In this document: positions 30,895-40,514 of the stretch, one piece after another
How the letters are laid out: each line of letters starts with the position of its first letter
How positions within the stretch are numbered: position 1 is the first letter of the stretch
NCBI GenBank assembly: GCA_963716725.1
Contig: CAVQUB010000009.1
Coordinates: 96,001-160,000, forward strand
DNA from: an uncultured delta proteobacterium
GTDB lineage: Bacteria; Myxococcota_A; Polyangia; Polyangiales; Polyangiaceae
Direction of reading: 5' to 3'
DNA: 64,000 nucleotides
Program-made: the position numbers and the translations under genes
Notes under the pieces: model-generated
What the model saw: the letters and a program-made list of their open reading frames with translations, nothing else
Told to the model about the DNA's origin: nothing
Databases searched by the model: none

Positions 30895-31770
30895 ATGCGT
30901 CTTCGTGATGTCCTCGTTCTCGCGTTCGGCGTCGGCCTGTCTCAGGCGGGCTGCGCCGCGGAGGTGGGTTCGGCCGACGGCGGGCTCTGCGAAAAGGCCG
31001 CTGACTGCTTCCAACTCTGCCTGTGCTCGGACGGATCGCCCCAGGAGTGCAAGACCGCGTGCTCCGGCAGCAGCGGTGGAGGCGCGTCGAGCGGCGGAGG
31101 CGCGTCGAGCGGCGGCGCGCCGGGTGGGGGCGGAGCCTCAGGCGGCGGCGGAACGCCGAGCGGTGGCGGAGCCTCAGGCGGTGGCGGAGCCTCGGGCGGC
31201 GGCGGAACGCCGAGCGGCGGCGGAGCCTCGGGCGGCGGCGGAACGCCGAGCGGCGGCGGAGCCTCGGGCGGGGGCGCGCCGGGAGGAGGAGGAGCCTCAG
31301 GCGGCGGCGGCAGCAGCGGTTCGTGCGGGGACGACGGCTCGGGCTGGAGCTCGAGCTTCCAGAGCTTCGAGTGTGAGGTGCTGAGCCTGGTCAACCAGAA
31401 GCGAGCCGCGGGAGCTTCGTGCGGCGGTGCGCCCTATCCGCCGGTGGGTCCGGTGACGCGCCACCCAAACTTGACGACGTCGGCCCGCGCCCACGCCAAA
31501 GACATGGGCGACCAAGGCTACTTCAGCCACAACAGCCTCGACGGCAAGAGCCCCTTCGACCGCATGAAGCAGGCCGGTTATTCCGGGGGCACCATGGGCG
31601 AGAACATCGCCGCCGGTCAGACCACGCCCGCTTCCGTGGTCCAAGGTTGGATGCAGAGCACCGGGCACTGCACGAACATCATGAAGGGCGCCTACAAGCA
31701 CCTGGGCGTCGGCTACTACCTCGGGGCCAAAGGCTACAAACACTACTGGGTTCAAAATTTCGGGGGCTGA
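30895..31770 (+). CDS. Lipoprotein: 6-Cys minidomain, Gly linker, CAP (SCP) domain
   Basis: Lipobox AGC; LVNQKRA..L..SARAHAKDM..YFSH..GENIAAG..WMQSTGHCTNIM. Confidence 0.9.
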   Translation: MRLRDVLVLAFGVGLSQAGCAAEVGSADGGLCEKAADCFQLCLCSDGSPQECKTACSGSSGGGASSGGGASSGGAPGGGGASGGGGTPSGGGASGGGGASGGGGTPSGGGASGGGGTPSGGGASGGGAPGGGGASGGGGSSGSCGDDGSGWSSSFQSFECEVLSLVNQKRAAGASCGGAPYPPVGPVTRHPNLTTSARAHAKDMGDQGYFSHNSLDGKSPFDRMKQAGYSGGTMGENIAAGQTTPASVVQGWMQSTGHCTNIMKGAYKHLGVGYYLGAKGYKHYWVQNFGG

Positions 31771-31792
31771 GCCGCGGCGACGCTCACCAACC

Positions 31793-32111
31793 TCAGCCAG
31801 CCGGCTCAAACCGCCGAAGCGCCGCGGCGACTCGCTCGGCATTGCCCGCCGCGATCTCCCGGAACTCCGGGGTGATCTGCGAGTGAACCGCGACGGCGCT
31901 CCAGAAGTCCAACGCAGCGGCGACGACGGCGGCGACGATCGGCGCGTCGTCGGATGCTGGTAGCGGCGGCTCGAAGCGTCGCTCCGACAACTCCCCGGCG
32001 ACCGGCACGTACAGCATCGGCAGCATGTCGTAGGCCGGGGCGACGCTGAGCACCTATGTGCAGTTCCACGACCAGTGGGTCAGTCGGGCCTGGGGGGTCC
32101 CCGGGGGGCAC
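31793..32111 (-). pseudogene. yjjJ: Remnant of a YjjJ/HipA-family kinase toxin gene (C-terminal ~85 codons)
   Basis: APAYDMLPMLY.P...A.DFW..V....I.PEFREIA matches my recollection of the YjjJ C-terminus; kinase core absent. Confidence 0.7.
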
Positions 32112-32115
32112 TTAT

Positions 32116-32192
32116 GAATAGATACTAGAATGGATTATTTCGGTCACCAACCGCTAATTAATCATGTTTTCTGCTATCACTCGAATAGATAC
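32116..32192. repeat. AT-rich patch with 10-bp direct repeat GAATAGATAC
   Basis: Identical copies at 32116-32125 and 32183-32192. Confidence 0.85.
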
Positions 32193-32207
32193 CGACTGCG
32201 TCCATCC

Positions 32208-33716
32208 TCAACTTCTCGAGTCCCCCGCCAGTAACTTTGCAAGCTCGGGCTTGATCACTTTGCCGACGGGGTTGCGCGGGAACTCGTCGAGCACCACCAC
32301 GCGCTTCGGCACTTTGTACGACGCGATGCGCGCCTTCGCCCACGCGCGCAGCTGCTCACCCTCGATCTCCGCCGCCCGACCCGGGCGCGCGATCACCGCG
32401 GCCACCGCGATCTCGCCCCAGGTCTCGTCGGGCAAGCCGACAACCGCGACATCGGCCACCGCGTCGTGCTCGCGCAAGACCTCTTCGATCTCGAGCGCCG
32501 AGAGTTTGTAGCCGCCGCTCTTCAAGATATCGACGGAGGTGCGGCCCATGATCTTCAGGTAGCCGCCGTCGAGCCAGACAGCGGTGTCACCGCTCCGAAA
32601 CCAGCCGTCGGAGAAGGCCTCGCGGGTCGCCTTCTCGTTGTCGTCGTAGCCCGCGAATACGCTCGGACCGCGGATCCAGATTTCGCCGGACTCGCCGCCG
32701 CTCACGTCGCTGCCGTCCTCGTTCACGATGCGGATCTGCATGCCCGGCAGGGGCGGTCCGCAGCTCCCGGGCACGCGCTCGCCATCGAAGGGGTTGGTGG
32801 CCCCGACGCCGATCTCGGTCATGCCGAAGCGCTCCAGCGGATAGCGCCCCGTCAGCTGACGAAAGCGCTCGCCCACACTGGAGGGCAGCGCCGCCGAGCC
32901 GCTGGTCACCAGGCGCAGCGCCCCAGCGTGCCGCGCCCACCGCGCCTGGGTCGACGCGTCGGCCGCGTCGAAGGCGTCCAGGAGCTTCTTGTGCATGGTG
33001 GGGACGCCCATGAGCACGCTGGCGTGCTCCATCTCGTCCCACATGCGAGGGCCGGCGAACTTCTCGAGCATGCGTGTGGTGCTGCCCGCGAGCAGCGCCG
33101 TCAGAAGAGCGATCCCGAGCCCGTGCAGGTGGTGCAAAGGCAGGCAGTGAAGGAGCACGTCGTCGGCCGACCACTCCCAGGCGTTGCCCAGGAGCCGGGC
33201 GGTGGCCTCGATGTTGCCCTGGGAAATCAGCGCGCCCTTGGGCTTTCCGGTGGTGCCGCTGGTGTACAAGATCACCGCGACGTCGCCCGGGCGAGTATCC
33301 GCGGCGGTCGCCTCGACGCGACTCTCGCGCAGCTCTTCGAGCCGAAGCACCGGCAGGGCGCCCGAGTAGCCCCGAACGCGCTCCGCGGTGTCGGCGCTCA
33401 CGATGATGGCCGAGGCGCGGCTGACCTCGACGAACCAGGCTTGCTCGGCCTCCGGGTGCAGATGTGAGAGGGGCACCGCGATGGCGTCCGCAGCGATGAT
33501 GCCCAAGAAGGTCTCGACCCAGCCCGACCCCTGACTGACCAACAAGGCGACGCGCTTGCCACCCAGACCGCGCGTGCGGAGCTCCGCCGCAACGCGCTGC
33601 ACTCGCCGACCCAGCAGCGCGAAGCTGACCGCCTCGCGATCGTCGATGATCGCGAGGTGATCGGCGCGTGCTCGGGTGAGCTCAACGAAGCGCGAGAGGA
33701 GCAGGCTTTGGGACAC
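32208..33716 (-). CDS. Acyl-CoA synthetase (MatB/ACSF3-like)
   Basis: YTSGTTGKPKG, LPLHHLHG, ERFGMTE, GWFRSGD, GRTSVDILKSGGYK. Confidence 0.9.
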   Translation of the reverse strand: MSQSLLLSRFVELTRARADHLAIIDDREAVSFALLGRRVQRVAAELRTRGLGGKRVALLVSQGSGWVETFLGIIAADAIAVPLSHLHPEAEQAWFVEVSRASAIIVSADTAERVRGYSGALPVLRLEELRESRVEATAADTRPGDVAVILYTSGTTGKPKGALISQGNIEATARLLGNAWEWSADDVLLHCLPLHHLHGLGIALLTALLAGSTTRMLEKFAGPRMWDEMEHASVLMGVPTMHKKLLDAFDAADASTQARWARHAGALRLVTSGSAALPSSVGERFRQLTGRYPLERFGMTEIGVGATNPFDGERVPGSCGPPLPGMQIRIVNEDGSDVSGGESGEIWIRGPSVFAGYDDNEKATREAFSDGWFRSGDTAVWLDGGYLKIMGRTSVDILKSGGYKLSALEIEEVLREHDAVADVAVVGLPDETWGEIAVAAVIARPGRAAEIEGEQLRAWAKARIASYKVPKRVVVLDEFPRNPVGKVIKPELAKLLAGDSRS

Positions 33717-33726
33717 GACCTTCGTC

Positions 33727-34989
33727 TCAGGGATGCTGCTCCGCGGGACCGAGCGACGCCGTCGGCGGCGGGTCACTGGCCATGCGGATTCGAGCCCAGC
33801 GTACCTTGATCTTCGAGCCGTTGTACGCGCTGAAGCGCATTTGCAGGGGCAGGCTGTAGTCGCTCGAGAAGGTCGTGCTGTCTTTCGCAGCGTGATCGTA
33901 GCGGTACGAGATCTTCTTCGGGACACGCTCCACCGAGTACAGGTGGGTTTGCCCCTGAGCCACCGGAACATTGCCACCTTTCACGGTCGCCGCGCCTGGG
34001 TTGGTCTCCACGTCGATGACCGACGGCGTCCGGCTGATCCAGAGCAACCACGGCGATTGGTTGGTGAAGTCGGTCTGGCGCTGGAAACCTCCGCAGAACC
34101 AAGAGTTCGAGTTCGCGAGCGGAGTGGTCACGGTCATCTCGAAATCCATCGCAAATCCGGGCGGCCATTGCTTGGCCTTGTGCCGGATGCTCGAGCCCGA
34201 CCCAGCGCCGTCGAGGACTACGTTCGTCCCGTCCAAGACCACGCCACCTTGCATTTCCCAGGCCGTGGGATCCCAGGCGTCGAACGAGGCGTGGTACTCG
34301 AACACTCCGCCCGCGAACGCCGGCGCCGCCGCGCTCGGGTTCTTCGCGTAGAGCCAGGTGCTGCTGTCGCCCGCGCCGCCCGCGAGGGCCACCGCCGAAC
34401 GGAACCAGATCCACTGCTTGCCGGCGACGCCTTCGATGACGCGCGGCAGCTCCGTCCACGCGCCGCCCGAGTAGCGCACCACTCGCCACCCGGCCCAGGG
34501 CGCCGCGGCTCCGTCGACGCTCGCCGCGCTGACAGGCAGCCCGATCTGAAAGCCTTGCGCCAGCGGGGCCGTGTTCTTCACGTCGATGGGGAAGCGAGTC
34601 TTGTGAGCGGTGTCCCACCAGGGCGGATTGAAGGTGGGCGCGCCACCGGAGCCGCCGACGCCACCGGAGCCACCGACGCCACCGGAGCCGCTGACGCCAC
34701 CGGAGCCGCCGACGCCACCGGAGCCGCCGACGCCACCGGACCCGCCAACGCCACCGGAGCCGGAGCCGCCGACGCCACCAGACCCACCGACGCCACCTGC
34801 TCCCGCCGCGCCGCCGCCCGAGGCGATGCCGCCGCTGCCTGCGACGCCACCGCCGCCACCCGCAGCCGCGTCCACCAGCCCCGTGCCGCCGGACCCGCCG
34901 CCGGGCGCGACCAACTCACCGCCGGACTCGAGGCCGCAGGCAGCGAACCAGAGCGTGAGGATGGGCAGCAGCGCGAGCGTCGAGCGCAT
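33727..34989 (-). CDS. Lipoprotein with GGSGGV linker and DUF2341-like domain
   Basis: Lipobox AAC; WWDT.H..R..I, W.ELPR.IE, WIWF, WLY..NP. Confidence 0.7.
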   Translation of the reverse strand: MRSTLALLPILTLWFAACGLESGGELVAPGGGSGGTGLVDAAAGGGGGVAGSGGIASGGGAAGAGGVGGSGGVGGSGSGGVGGSGGVGGSGGVGGSGGVSGSGGVGGSGGVGGSGGAPTFNPPWWDTAHKTRFPIDVKNTAPLAQGFQIGLPVSAASVDGAAAPWAGWRVVRYSGGAWTELPRVIEGVAGKQWIWFRSAVALAGGAGDSSTWLYAKNPSAAAPAFAGGVFEYHASFDAWDPTAWEMQGGVVLDGTNVVLDGAGSGSSIRHKAKQWPPGFAMDFEMTVTTPLANSNSWFCGGFQRQTDFTNQSPWLLWISRTPSVIDVETNPGAATVKGGNVPVAQGQTHLYSVERVPKKISYRYDHAAKDSTTFSSDYSLPLQMRFSAYNGSKIKVRWARIRMASDPPPTASLGPAEQHP

Positions 34990-35039
34990 TGCCGTCTAGC
35001 TTCGCATGAAGCGCCTGCGATGGCGACACGCCGGCTCGA

Positions 35040-35945
35040 TCACTTCCCCCCCGCCAACCGCCGCTCGTGCCACAGCAGCATGTCCAGCGTGCCGATCTCG
35101 CGCAGCCAGGGCTGGTTGTGCGGACCGGGCGGCACCGACAGCTCGTGGTCCACTCCGCGCTTGGCGAGCTCCTTGGCGAAGGCCTGGTTGGCTTTGCGAA
35201 ATGGATCTTCCGTAGAGGTGCCCACCCGAATGGATCGGGATCCAACTTCTTTGACGATGGCCGCGATCCCTTCGGCGTAACGCAGCGCCGTCGGCACGTT
35301 GAACGCCGCCTGCACGCCGCCGAAGGTCCCGAACAGCTTCGGCTTGCGCAGAAACACCTCCGCCGCCACGTAGCCACCGAGGGAACATCCATCGAGGCCC
35401 GTGTGCGCGGATCCCGTCAGACACGGCACCTTGTCGTGGACCGCGGGAAGGAGCGTCTTTTCGATGAAGTCGGCGTAGCGATCGAGGGTCTTGGGCGCGG
35501 GCCCGACCTTGTGCGGGTTCGGCGTCACCGGACACACGAGCACCAGGCCGCCGAACGCGCGCTTGTCGAGCGCAGCGTTCACTTTGTCCACGTGCGCGTC
35601 GGACAGCCACGGGTACTTCGGGTAGAGCTTCTTCACCGGCGGGCGGCGCAGACGTTCGTAGGCGCGCACGGCGCCGTAGCGCTCTCCCCAGGCGTGGATG
35701 CCCAGCAGCTCGTTGCCCGTCTCGCCGAGCCCGTGCAAGAGCACGAGCACGGGCAGCTTGGTGCCCGTGGGCACGTGGGTGGGCTGGAGCACCAGAGCCC
35801 GGCGCGCGATGCGCTTGTCTCCGTCGAGCATCAGATCGTGCTGCACGAAGTCCGACGACTCGGGGGTCGCGGCTCGCGCGGGCCGCGGCACGGCCAGCGT
35901 CCCCGCGGTCGCGCAGCAGAGTCCGAGAAAGGTGCGCCGTTCCAC
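35040..35945 (-). CDS. Tat-exported alpha/beta hydrolase/esterase
   Basis: RRTFL Tat motif; LLHGLGE, GCSLGG, PGPH. Confidence 0.8.
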   Translation of the reverse strand: MERRTFLGLCCATAGTLAVPRPARAATPESSDFVQHDLMLDGDKRIARRALVLQPTHVPTGTKLPVLVLLHGLGETGNELLGIHAWGERYGAVRAYERLRRPPVKKLYPKYPWLSDAHVDKVNAALDKRAFGGLVLVCPVTPNPHKVGPAPKTLDRYADFIEKTLLPAVHDKVPCLTGSAHTGLDGCSLGGYVAAEVFLRKPKLFGTFGGVQAAFNVPTALRYAEGIAAIVKEVGSRSIRVGTSTEDPFRKANQAFAKELAKRGVDHELSVPPGPHNQPWLREIGTLDMLLWHERRLAGGK

Positions 35946-36014
35946 ACTCTTCGTGTAGCACTGCCCTTCGACCTGCGCCGTGGTACGCTCGGAGCCTTCT
36001 TGGGAGGCAGAACC

Positions 36015-36773
36015 ATGCGTGTTTCTTACTTGATGGCATTGCTCACGACCTTGGGCGCCTGTGGCAGCAGCACGGAAAATACCCAGGCCACCGGCGGGTC
36101 CTCCGGCGGAGGCAGCGGTGGGACCTCCAGCGGAGGCACCAGCTCCGGCGGAGCCGCGGGCACGGCAGGATCGGGGGGCGCGGCCGCGGGCAGCGGGGGT
36201 GTGAGCGGCGGCGGCGGCACCAGCTCCGGCGGCGCGGGAGGCTCCGGCGGCACGACCGCCACCGGCGAGTGCCAGCCGTTTTGCGAGGCGGTCACCGGAG
36301 CGGCGTGCAGCGGCGGCCCCACCATGGCGGGCTGCCTGCTCACCTGCAAGACGCTCACGTCGTCAGCGAAGTGTGATCCGACGGCAAACACCTACTTTGG
36401 CTGCGTCAAGAAGAGCGGGGTCATGTGCAACGCCGCCGGCGATCCCTACGGGCCAGGCTGCGGCGTCGACTACCTGAAGGCCGTCGACTGCGCGACGACC
36501 GAGAATCCGAACCCAGCGATGGTCACGCCCTGCGCCGACTACTGCAAGAAGCTCACGGCGGCGAACTGCCAGAACAGCGGCACCGAAGCGGAGTGCAACT
36601 CCAACTGCAAGTGGCTCGGCGCCAAGGGCACGGGTTGCGACGACGAGTGGGGCACCTTCTTGACCTGCACCGAATCCGCAAAGTTCAGCTGCTTGCTCGG
36701 CTACGCAGTCGCGCAAGGCTGCGGCCCGCAGTTCACTGCGTACTCGAAGTGCATCGACGCCGCCGGTAAGTGA
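36015..36773 (+). CDS. Cys-rich lipoprotein with duplicated domain
   Basis: GGGAGG RBS; lipobox GAC; two C..[FY]C....A.C......C...CK.L units. Confidence 0.8.
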   Translation: MRVSYLMALLTTLGACGSSTENTQATGGSSGGGSGGTSSGGTSSGGAAGTAGSGGAAAGSGGVSGGGGTSSGGAGGSGGTTATGECQPFCEAVTGAACSGGPTMAGCLLTCKTLTSSAKCDPTANTYFGCVKKSGVMCNAAGDPYGPGCGVDYLKAVDCATTENPNPAMVTPCADYCKKLTAANCQNSGTEAECNSNCKWLGAKGTGCDDEWGTFLTCTESAKFSCLLGYAVAQGCGPQFTAYSKCIDAAGK

Positions 36774-37873
36774 TCGGATCCGCGAAGCTCGGCGCGGCGC
36801 TCTTGGCCCTGATCGGGGTCGTTGGCGTCGCGTCTCCCGCGCTCGCACACCAGCTCGGTCGCAGCTACTGCACCGTGACCACTGTGCCGGGCGGGCTCGA
36901 CGTCGTGGTCGAGACCAGCTTCGAGCACCTGGCGCCGATCCTGGCGCCAGATCCGGTGCTCAGCGACGCGGACATCGTGCACGCGACCCCTGGTTTGCAC
37001 TCGGCGCTCGCCAAGGCCGTCACGGCTCAGAGCGCCGGGGCCCCGTGCAGCTCCGAAGCCGGATCGCCCGAGTTCGTGACCGCCGAAGGACAGCGCGCGG
37101 CGCGGGTCCTGCTGCGATTTTCATGCCCACCCGGGCCCATCACGTTGAAAAACGTGTGGCGCTTCGACGTGGATCCGAAGAGCGAAGTCGTCTGCGCCAT
37201 CGACGGATCAGCTTGGGTATTCCGCGTCGGCACCGAGGCTCGCGAGGTCGGCACTCCGCCCACGCTCGGGCAGGTCCTGGTCTCGTTCGTGAAGCTCGGC
37301 GTGCACCACGTGCTCTCGGGCATCGATCACGTGCTCTTCGTGGTGGCGCTGCTCTTGGCGGCGGCGCGTGCCAGCCGGGGCCAGACTCTGCTCCGGGGTC
37401 TGCGCGAGGTCGCGCTGGTGGTGACCGGGTTCACGCTTGGGCACTCGGTCACGCTGATCGCCGCGGGCTTGGGTTGGGTCGCGGTCGAGCCGCGCCTCAC
37501 CGAGAGCATCATCGCGCTGTCGATCGTGGCGGTGGCCGCCGAGAACGTGCTGCGACGCGAGATCCGTTGGCGCACTCTGACCGCCGGCGCCTTCGGCCTG
37601 ATCCACGGCTTCGGTTTTGCCAGCGTGCTCGCCGAGACCGAGCTGCCCCGGCGCGGCGCAGTGTGGGCCCTGCTGACCTTCAACCTGGGCATCGAGCTGG
37701 GACAGCTCGCCGTGGTCGCGTTGCTCTTCGTCCCGCTGGCGCTCTCAGCGCGGCGGGGCTGGTACGAACGCAGGCTGCTCGGGCCGGCGTCCATCGTAAT
37801 TGGGCTCTTGGCGGCGGTGTGGCTGGTGAAGCGCGCGTTCGGGCTCCAGTTCGCCGGCTGGCTCGGCGCCTAG
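36770..37873 (+). CDS. HupE/UreJ-family membrane protein with N-terminal exported domain
   Basis: ALAH signal; LG..H..SGIDHVLF, FTLGHSVTL, FGLIHGFGFA, FNLGIELGQ. Confidence 0.88.
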   Translation: MIGSAKLGAALLALIGVVGVASPALAHQLGRSYCTVTTVPGGLDVVVETSFEHLAPILAPDPVLSDADIVHATPGLHSALAKAVTAQSAGAPCSSEAGSPEFVTAEGQRAARVLLRFSCPPGPITLKNVWRFDVDPKSEVVCAIDGSAWVFRVGTEAREVGTPPTLGQVLVSFVKLGVHHVLSGIDHVLFVVALLLAAARASRGQTLLRGLREVALVVTGFTLGHSVTLIAAGLGWVAVEPRLTESIIALSIVAVAAENVLRREIRWRTLTAGAFGLIHGFGFASVLAETELPRRGAVWALLTFNLGIELGQLAVVALLFVPLALSARRGWYERRLLGPASIVIGLLAAVWLVKRAFGLQFAGWLGA

Positions 37874-37879
37874 GCCAAA

Positions 37880-38794
37880 TCAGATCCACCACGACGGCAT
37901 CGAAGCGCGCCCGCCGGCGGCCCGGGCCAGGAGCATCCTCCGCTCGCGCCAGAGCAACAGCGCACCGCCGGCCGCGATCACCAAGCCGACGACCACCGGC
38001 ACCGCGTCGAGCTCCCGCTCGACGAGCGCGTCGGTGTAACGCACCGTCAGCACGACCGTGGTGTTGTAGACGAAATGAGCGATCATCGAGGTGAGCAGCG
38101 TGCCGGTGCACAGCCGGCCCGCGGCGAACGCGCCGCCGAGCACGATGGTGCCCGCCATCTGGGTGGGCTCGAGGTGGAACAAGCCGAACAGCACCGACGG
38201 CGCGATCACTGCCCAGGCAAAGCTCCGCGCAAAGGGCAAGGTGATCAGGCCACGGAAGAGCGCTTCTTCGGCGATCGCCGGCATCACTCCCAGCGCGATC
38301 ACCAGCGCGACGACCCCAACCCCGGACGCATTCCTCGCCGCGTTCACCACGATCCACGAGGCGGTGGTTTCGTTCTGCGTCAGTCGGTGAACGAGCTCAC
38401 CCATGACCTCCGCCACCGGAGCGACGCCGAAGACCAGGAGCAGTGCACCCACCACGCCGAGCACCGTCGGCCGCCCGAGGGGCAGCGCCAGGCGCAGCGG
38501 CGGCTTCAGGATCCAGAGCCACGCGCCGAGCACGATCAGGACCGCGATCTCGTTGGCGAAGGTGCCGCCGGCTATCCACCCGGTGCTGTTGGTGAGCGGC
38601 GAGGTCTTGGCATCGCCGAGCACCGCCACCGGGTCCCCGCCCGCGGCCGCGACGACGCCAGCGGCGGCGGCCGCCACCAGGAGGCCCGAGGCGACGATGC
38701 CCACGGCCGCTGTCAGCCAGACCAGCAGCGCTTGCAGCGGAGACGGGATCCGCTCGGAATTGCTCAGCGTCTGCTCGTGGTTGGGGCTTCCCAC
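37880..38794 (-). CDS. CPBP (Abi/CAAX) intramembrane metalloprotease
   Basis: EEALFRG, FGLFH, HFVYN; multi-TM. Confidence 0.88.
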   Translation of the reverse strand: MGSPNHEQTLSNSERIPSPLQALLVWLTAAVGIVASGLLVAAAAAGVVAAAGGDPVAVLGDAKTSPLTNSTGWIAGGTFANEIAVLIVLGAWLWILKPPLRLALPLGRPTVLGVVGALLLVFGVAPVAEVMGELVHRLTQNETTASWIVVNAARNASGVGVVALVIALGVMPAIAEEALFRGLITLPFARSFAWAVIAPSVLFGLFHLEPTQMAGTIVLGGAFAAGRLCTGTLLTSMIAHFVYNTTVVLTVRYTDALVERELDAVPVVVGLVIAAGGALLLWRERRMLLARAAGGRASMPSWWI

Positions 38795-38903
38795 TCGGTC
38801 CCTGGAGCCTAGTGCAAATCGTCACCACGATGCAGCCCGGAGCGGTGACCGCCCCTTTCGTGCCGAATAGGTACCCGTCGTGTATCGTCCAACGCCAATC
38901 GAC

Positions 38904-39689
38904 ATGCGTCTCTCGAGTTCCTTGGTTCCGCTCCTCGCCTTGGGTCTGTCCGTCGCCTGCGGCAGCTCCAAATCTCGCTCTGGCAACATTTACGGTACCG
39001 AGGAGCAGTTCTGTCAGCAGTGGGCCAAGGCCGCCTGCAACGCCAAGGTCGTGAGCGCCTGCGCCGCCGCTACGGTCGAGAGCTGCGTCGAGAAGCAATC
39101 CGCCTATTGCCTCGGTTCGGTACCGCCCTACTACTCGTCGAAGCACGCCAAGGCCTGCATCGACAAGGTCAAGGCCGCCTATGCCGACGCCAAGCTCACG
39201 GCCGATGAAGTCGCCATCGTGCGTGACCTCGGGGCGCCCTGCGACAAGCTGAACTCCGGACCGAAGGATCTGGGAGCGGCGTGCGACGCCTCCGACGAGT
39301 GCGACTCGCTGAAGGAGCTGGTCTGCATCGCCAAGTCGGGCCAGAGCTCGGGGACCTGTCAGGTCCCGAAGGAGGTCGGCGGGGGCTTTTCGTGCACCGC
39401 GCCCGACGAGCTGTGCGCAAAGGGTTTCTACTGCGACGGAGCCAACTGCATCGCGAAGAAGGGCGATGGGGCGGCCTGCAGCGAGGAGCTGCCTTGCCTC
39501 GAGGACTTCTTGTGCGTGGGCGCCACCGGAGCGCAGACCTGCGTCGCCAAGGGCGGCACCGCGGCCAGTTGCAGCGAGAACTTCCAGTGCCTGAGCGGCA
39601 TTTGCGCGAAACCGGCCACCGGCTCGGGCAAGTGCGTCGATTCCGTGGTGCTCACGCCCACGGATCCGGTCTGCCAGAGCCTGGGCTGA
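38904..39689 (+). CDS. Cys-rich lipoprotein
   Basis: Lipobox VAC; repeated G..C.....C....C units. Confidence 0.8.
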   Translation: MRLSSSLVPLLALGLSVACGSSKSRSGNIYGTEEQFCQQWAKAACNAKVVSACAAATVESCVEKQSAYCLGSVPPYYSSKHAKACIDKVKAAYADAKLTADEVAIVRDLGAPCDKLNSGPKDLGAACDASDECDSLKELVCIAKSGQSSGTCQVPKEVGGGFSCTAPDELCAKGFYCDGANCIAKKGDGAACSEELPCLEDFLCVGATGAQTCVAKGGTAASCSENFQCLSGICAKPATGSGKCVDSVVLTPTDPVCQSLG

Positions 39690-39745
39690 AGGCGCGTCCG
39701 AATCACCTTGCCGCCAGCGCCGGAGCGTCGTTCAAATCCCCGGCG

Positions 39746-40507
39746 ATGAACCGACCGGCTCTTGCTCTCCTCGCGTTTGCGACGCTCGGCGTCTGGGCCT
39801 GCGACGATCCTCCGCCGAAGAAGAACCCCTTCGAGGCGCCCCCGAAGGACACCGTCGAACCGCCCAAGGATGCCGCGCCGCCGAAACCCAGCGGTCCGCC
39901 CGAGCTCGCCATCGACGATCTGGGGCCGAAGGTGGGGTTCTCGCGGGTCTTGATCGACAAGCCCGACGGACGCGAGCGCCTGAGGAACGAGCTGAGCCCG
40001 GTCAAGCAGCACTACGCCGGCAAAGAAGTAACGCTGTCGGTGGTGCGCAAGACCAAGCTGGCCTGGGTCCAGATCATGTTGAGCGAGCTCGGCAAAATCG
40101 GGGCCACCAAGGTCATCGTGAAGACCGAGACGCGCAAGGACTTTCCCGGCGAGCTCGCCTTCACCCCCGAGGCGACCGCGCCGGCGCCGGAGCCCTGCGC
40201 AGTGGTGGGCATGATCCTCGGGGACCGCAGCGCTGCCATCTGGAAGGTGTCCGGCGGCACCGCCATCAAGCGAGCCAAGGGCCTGGCAGGACCCGATCTG
40301 TCGACGACGGGGGAGACCATCGAGCGCTTCGCGAAGGGCTGCAAGGCGTCGAACATGTTCTTCGTGTCCGCGGACGAGACGGTGGAGTGGGGACTCGCCT
40401 ACGACCTCGCGGCGTCGACCCGTGGGCTCGAGGGCGTCAAATTCGACACGATGGTGTTGCTCGAGAAGACGCCGACCGCCGGGCGCAAAGTCGACCTGAC
40501 GAAGTGA
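39746..40507 (+). CDS. Lipoprotein with weak ExbD/TolR-like periplasmic segments
   Basis: Lipobox WAC; Pro-rich linker; V.L...RKT.L..V...L..L...GA.KV and SADETVEW segments. Confidence 0.6.
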   Translation: MNRPALALLAFATLGVWACDDPPPKKNPFEAPPKDTVEPPKDAAPPKPSGPPELAIDDLGPKVGFSRVLIDKPDGRERLRNELSPVKQHYAGKEVTLSVVRKTKLAWVQIMLSELGKIGATKVIVKTETRKDFPGELAFTPEATAPAPEPCAVVGMILGDRSAAIWKVSGGTAIKRAKGLAGPDLSTTGETIERFAKGCKASNMFFVSADETVEWGLAYDLAASTRGLEGVKFDTMVLLEKTPTAGRKVDLTK

Positions 40508-40514
40508 GCTGCAC

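Noticed and set aside
32054..32207. AT-rich patch as dif site, attC or IS/MITE end
   Set aside because: No convincing XerD arm or attC cores; only a 7-bp inverted repeat (cagtcgg/ccgactg); no recombinase nearby
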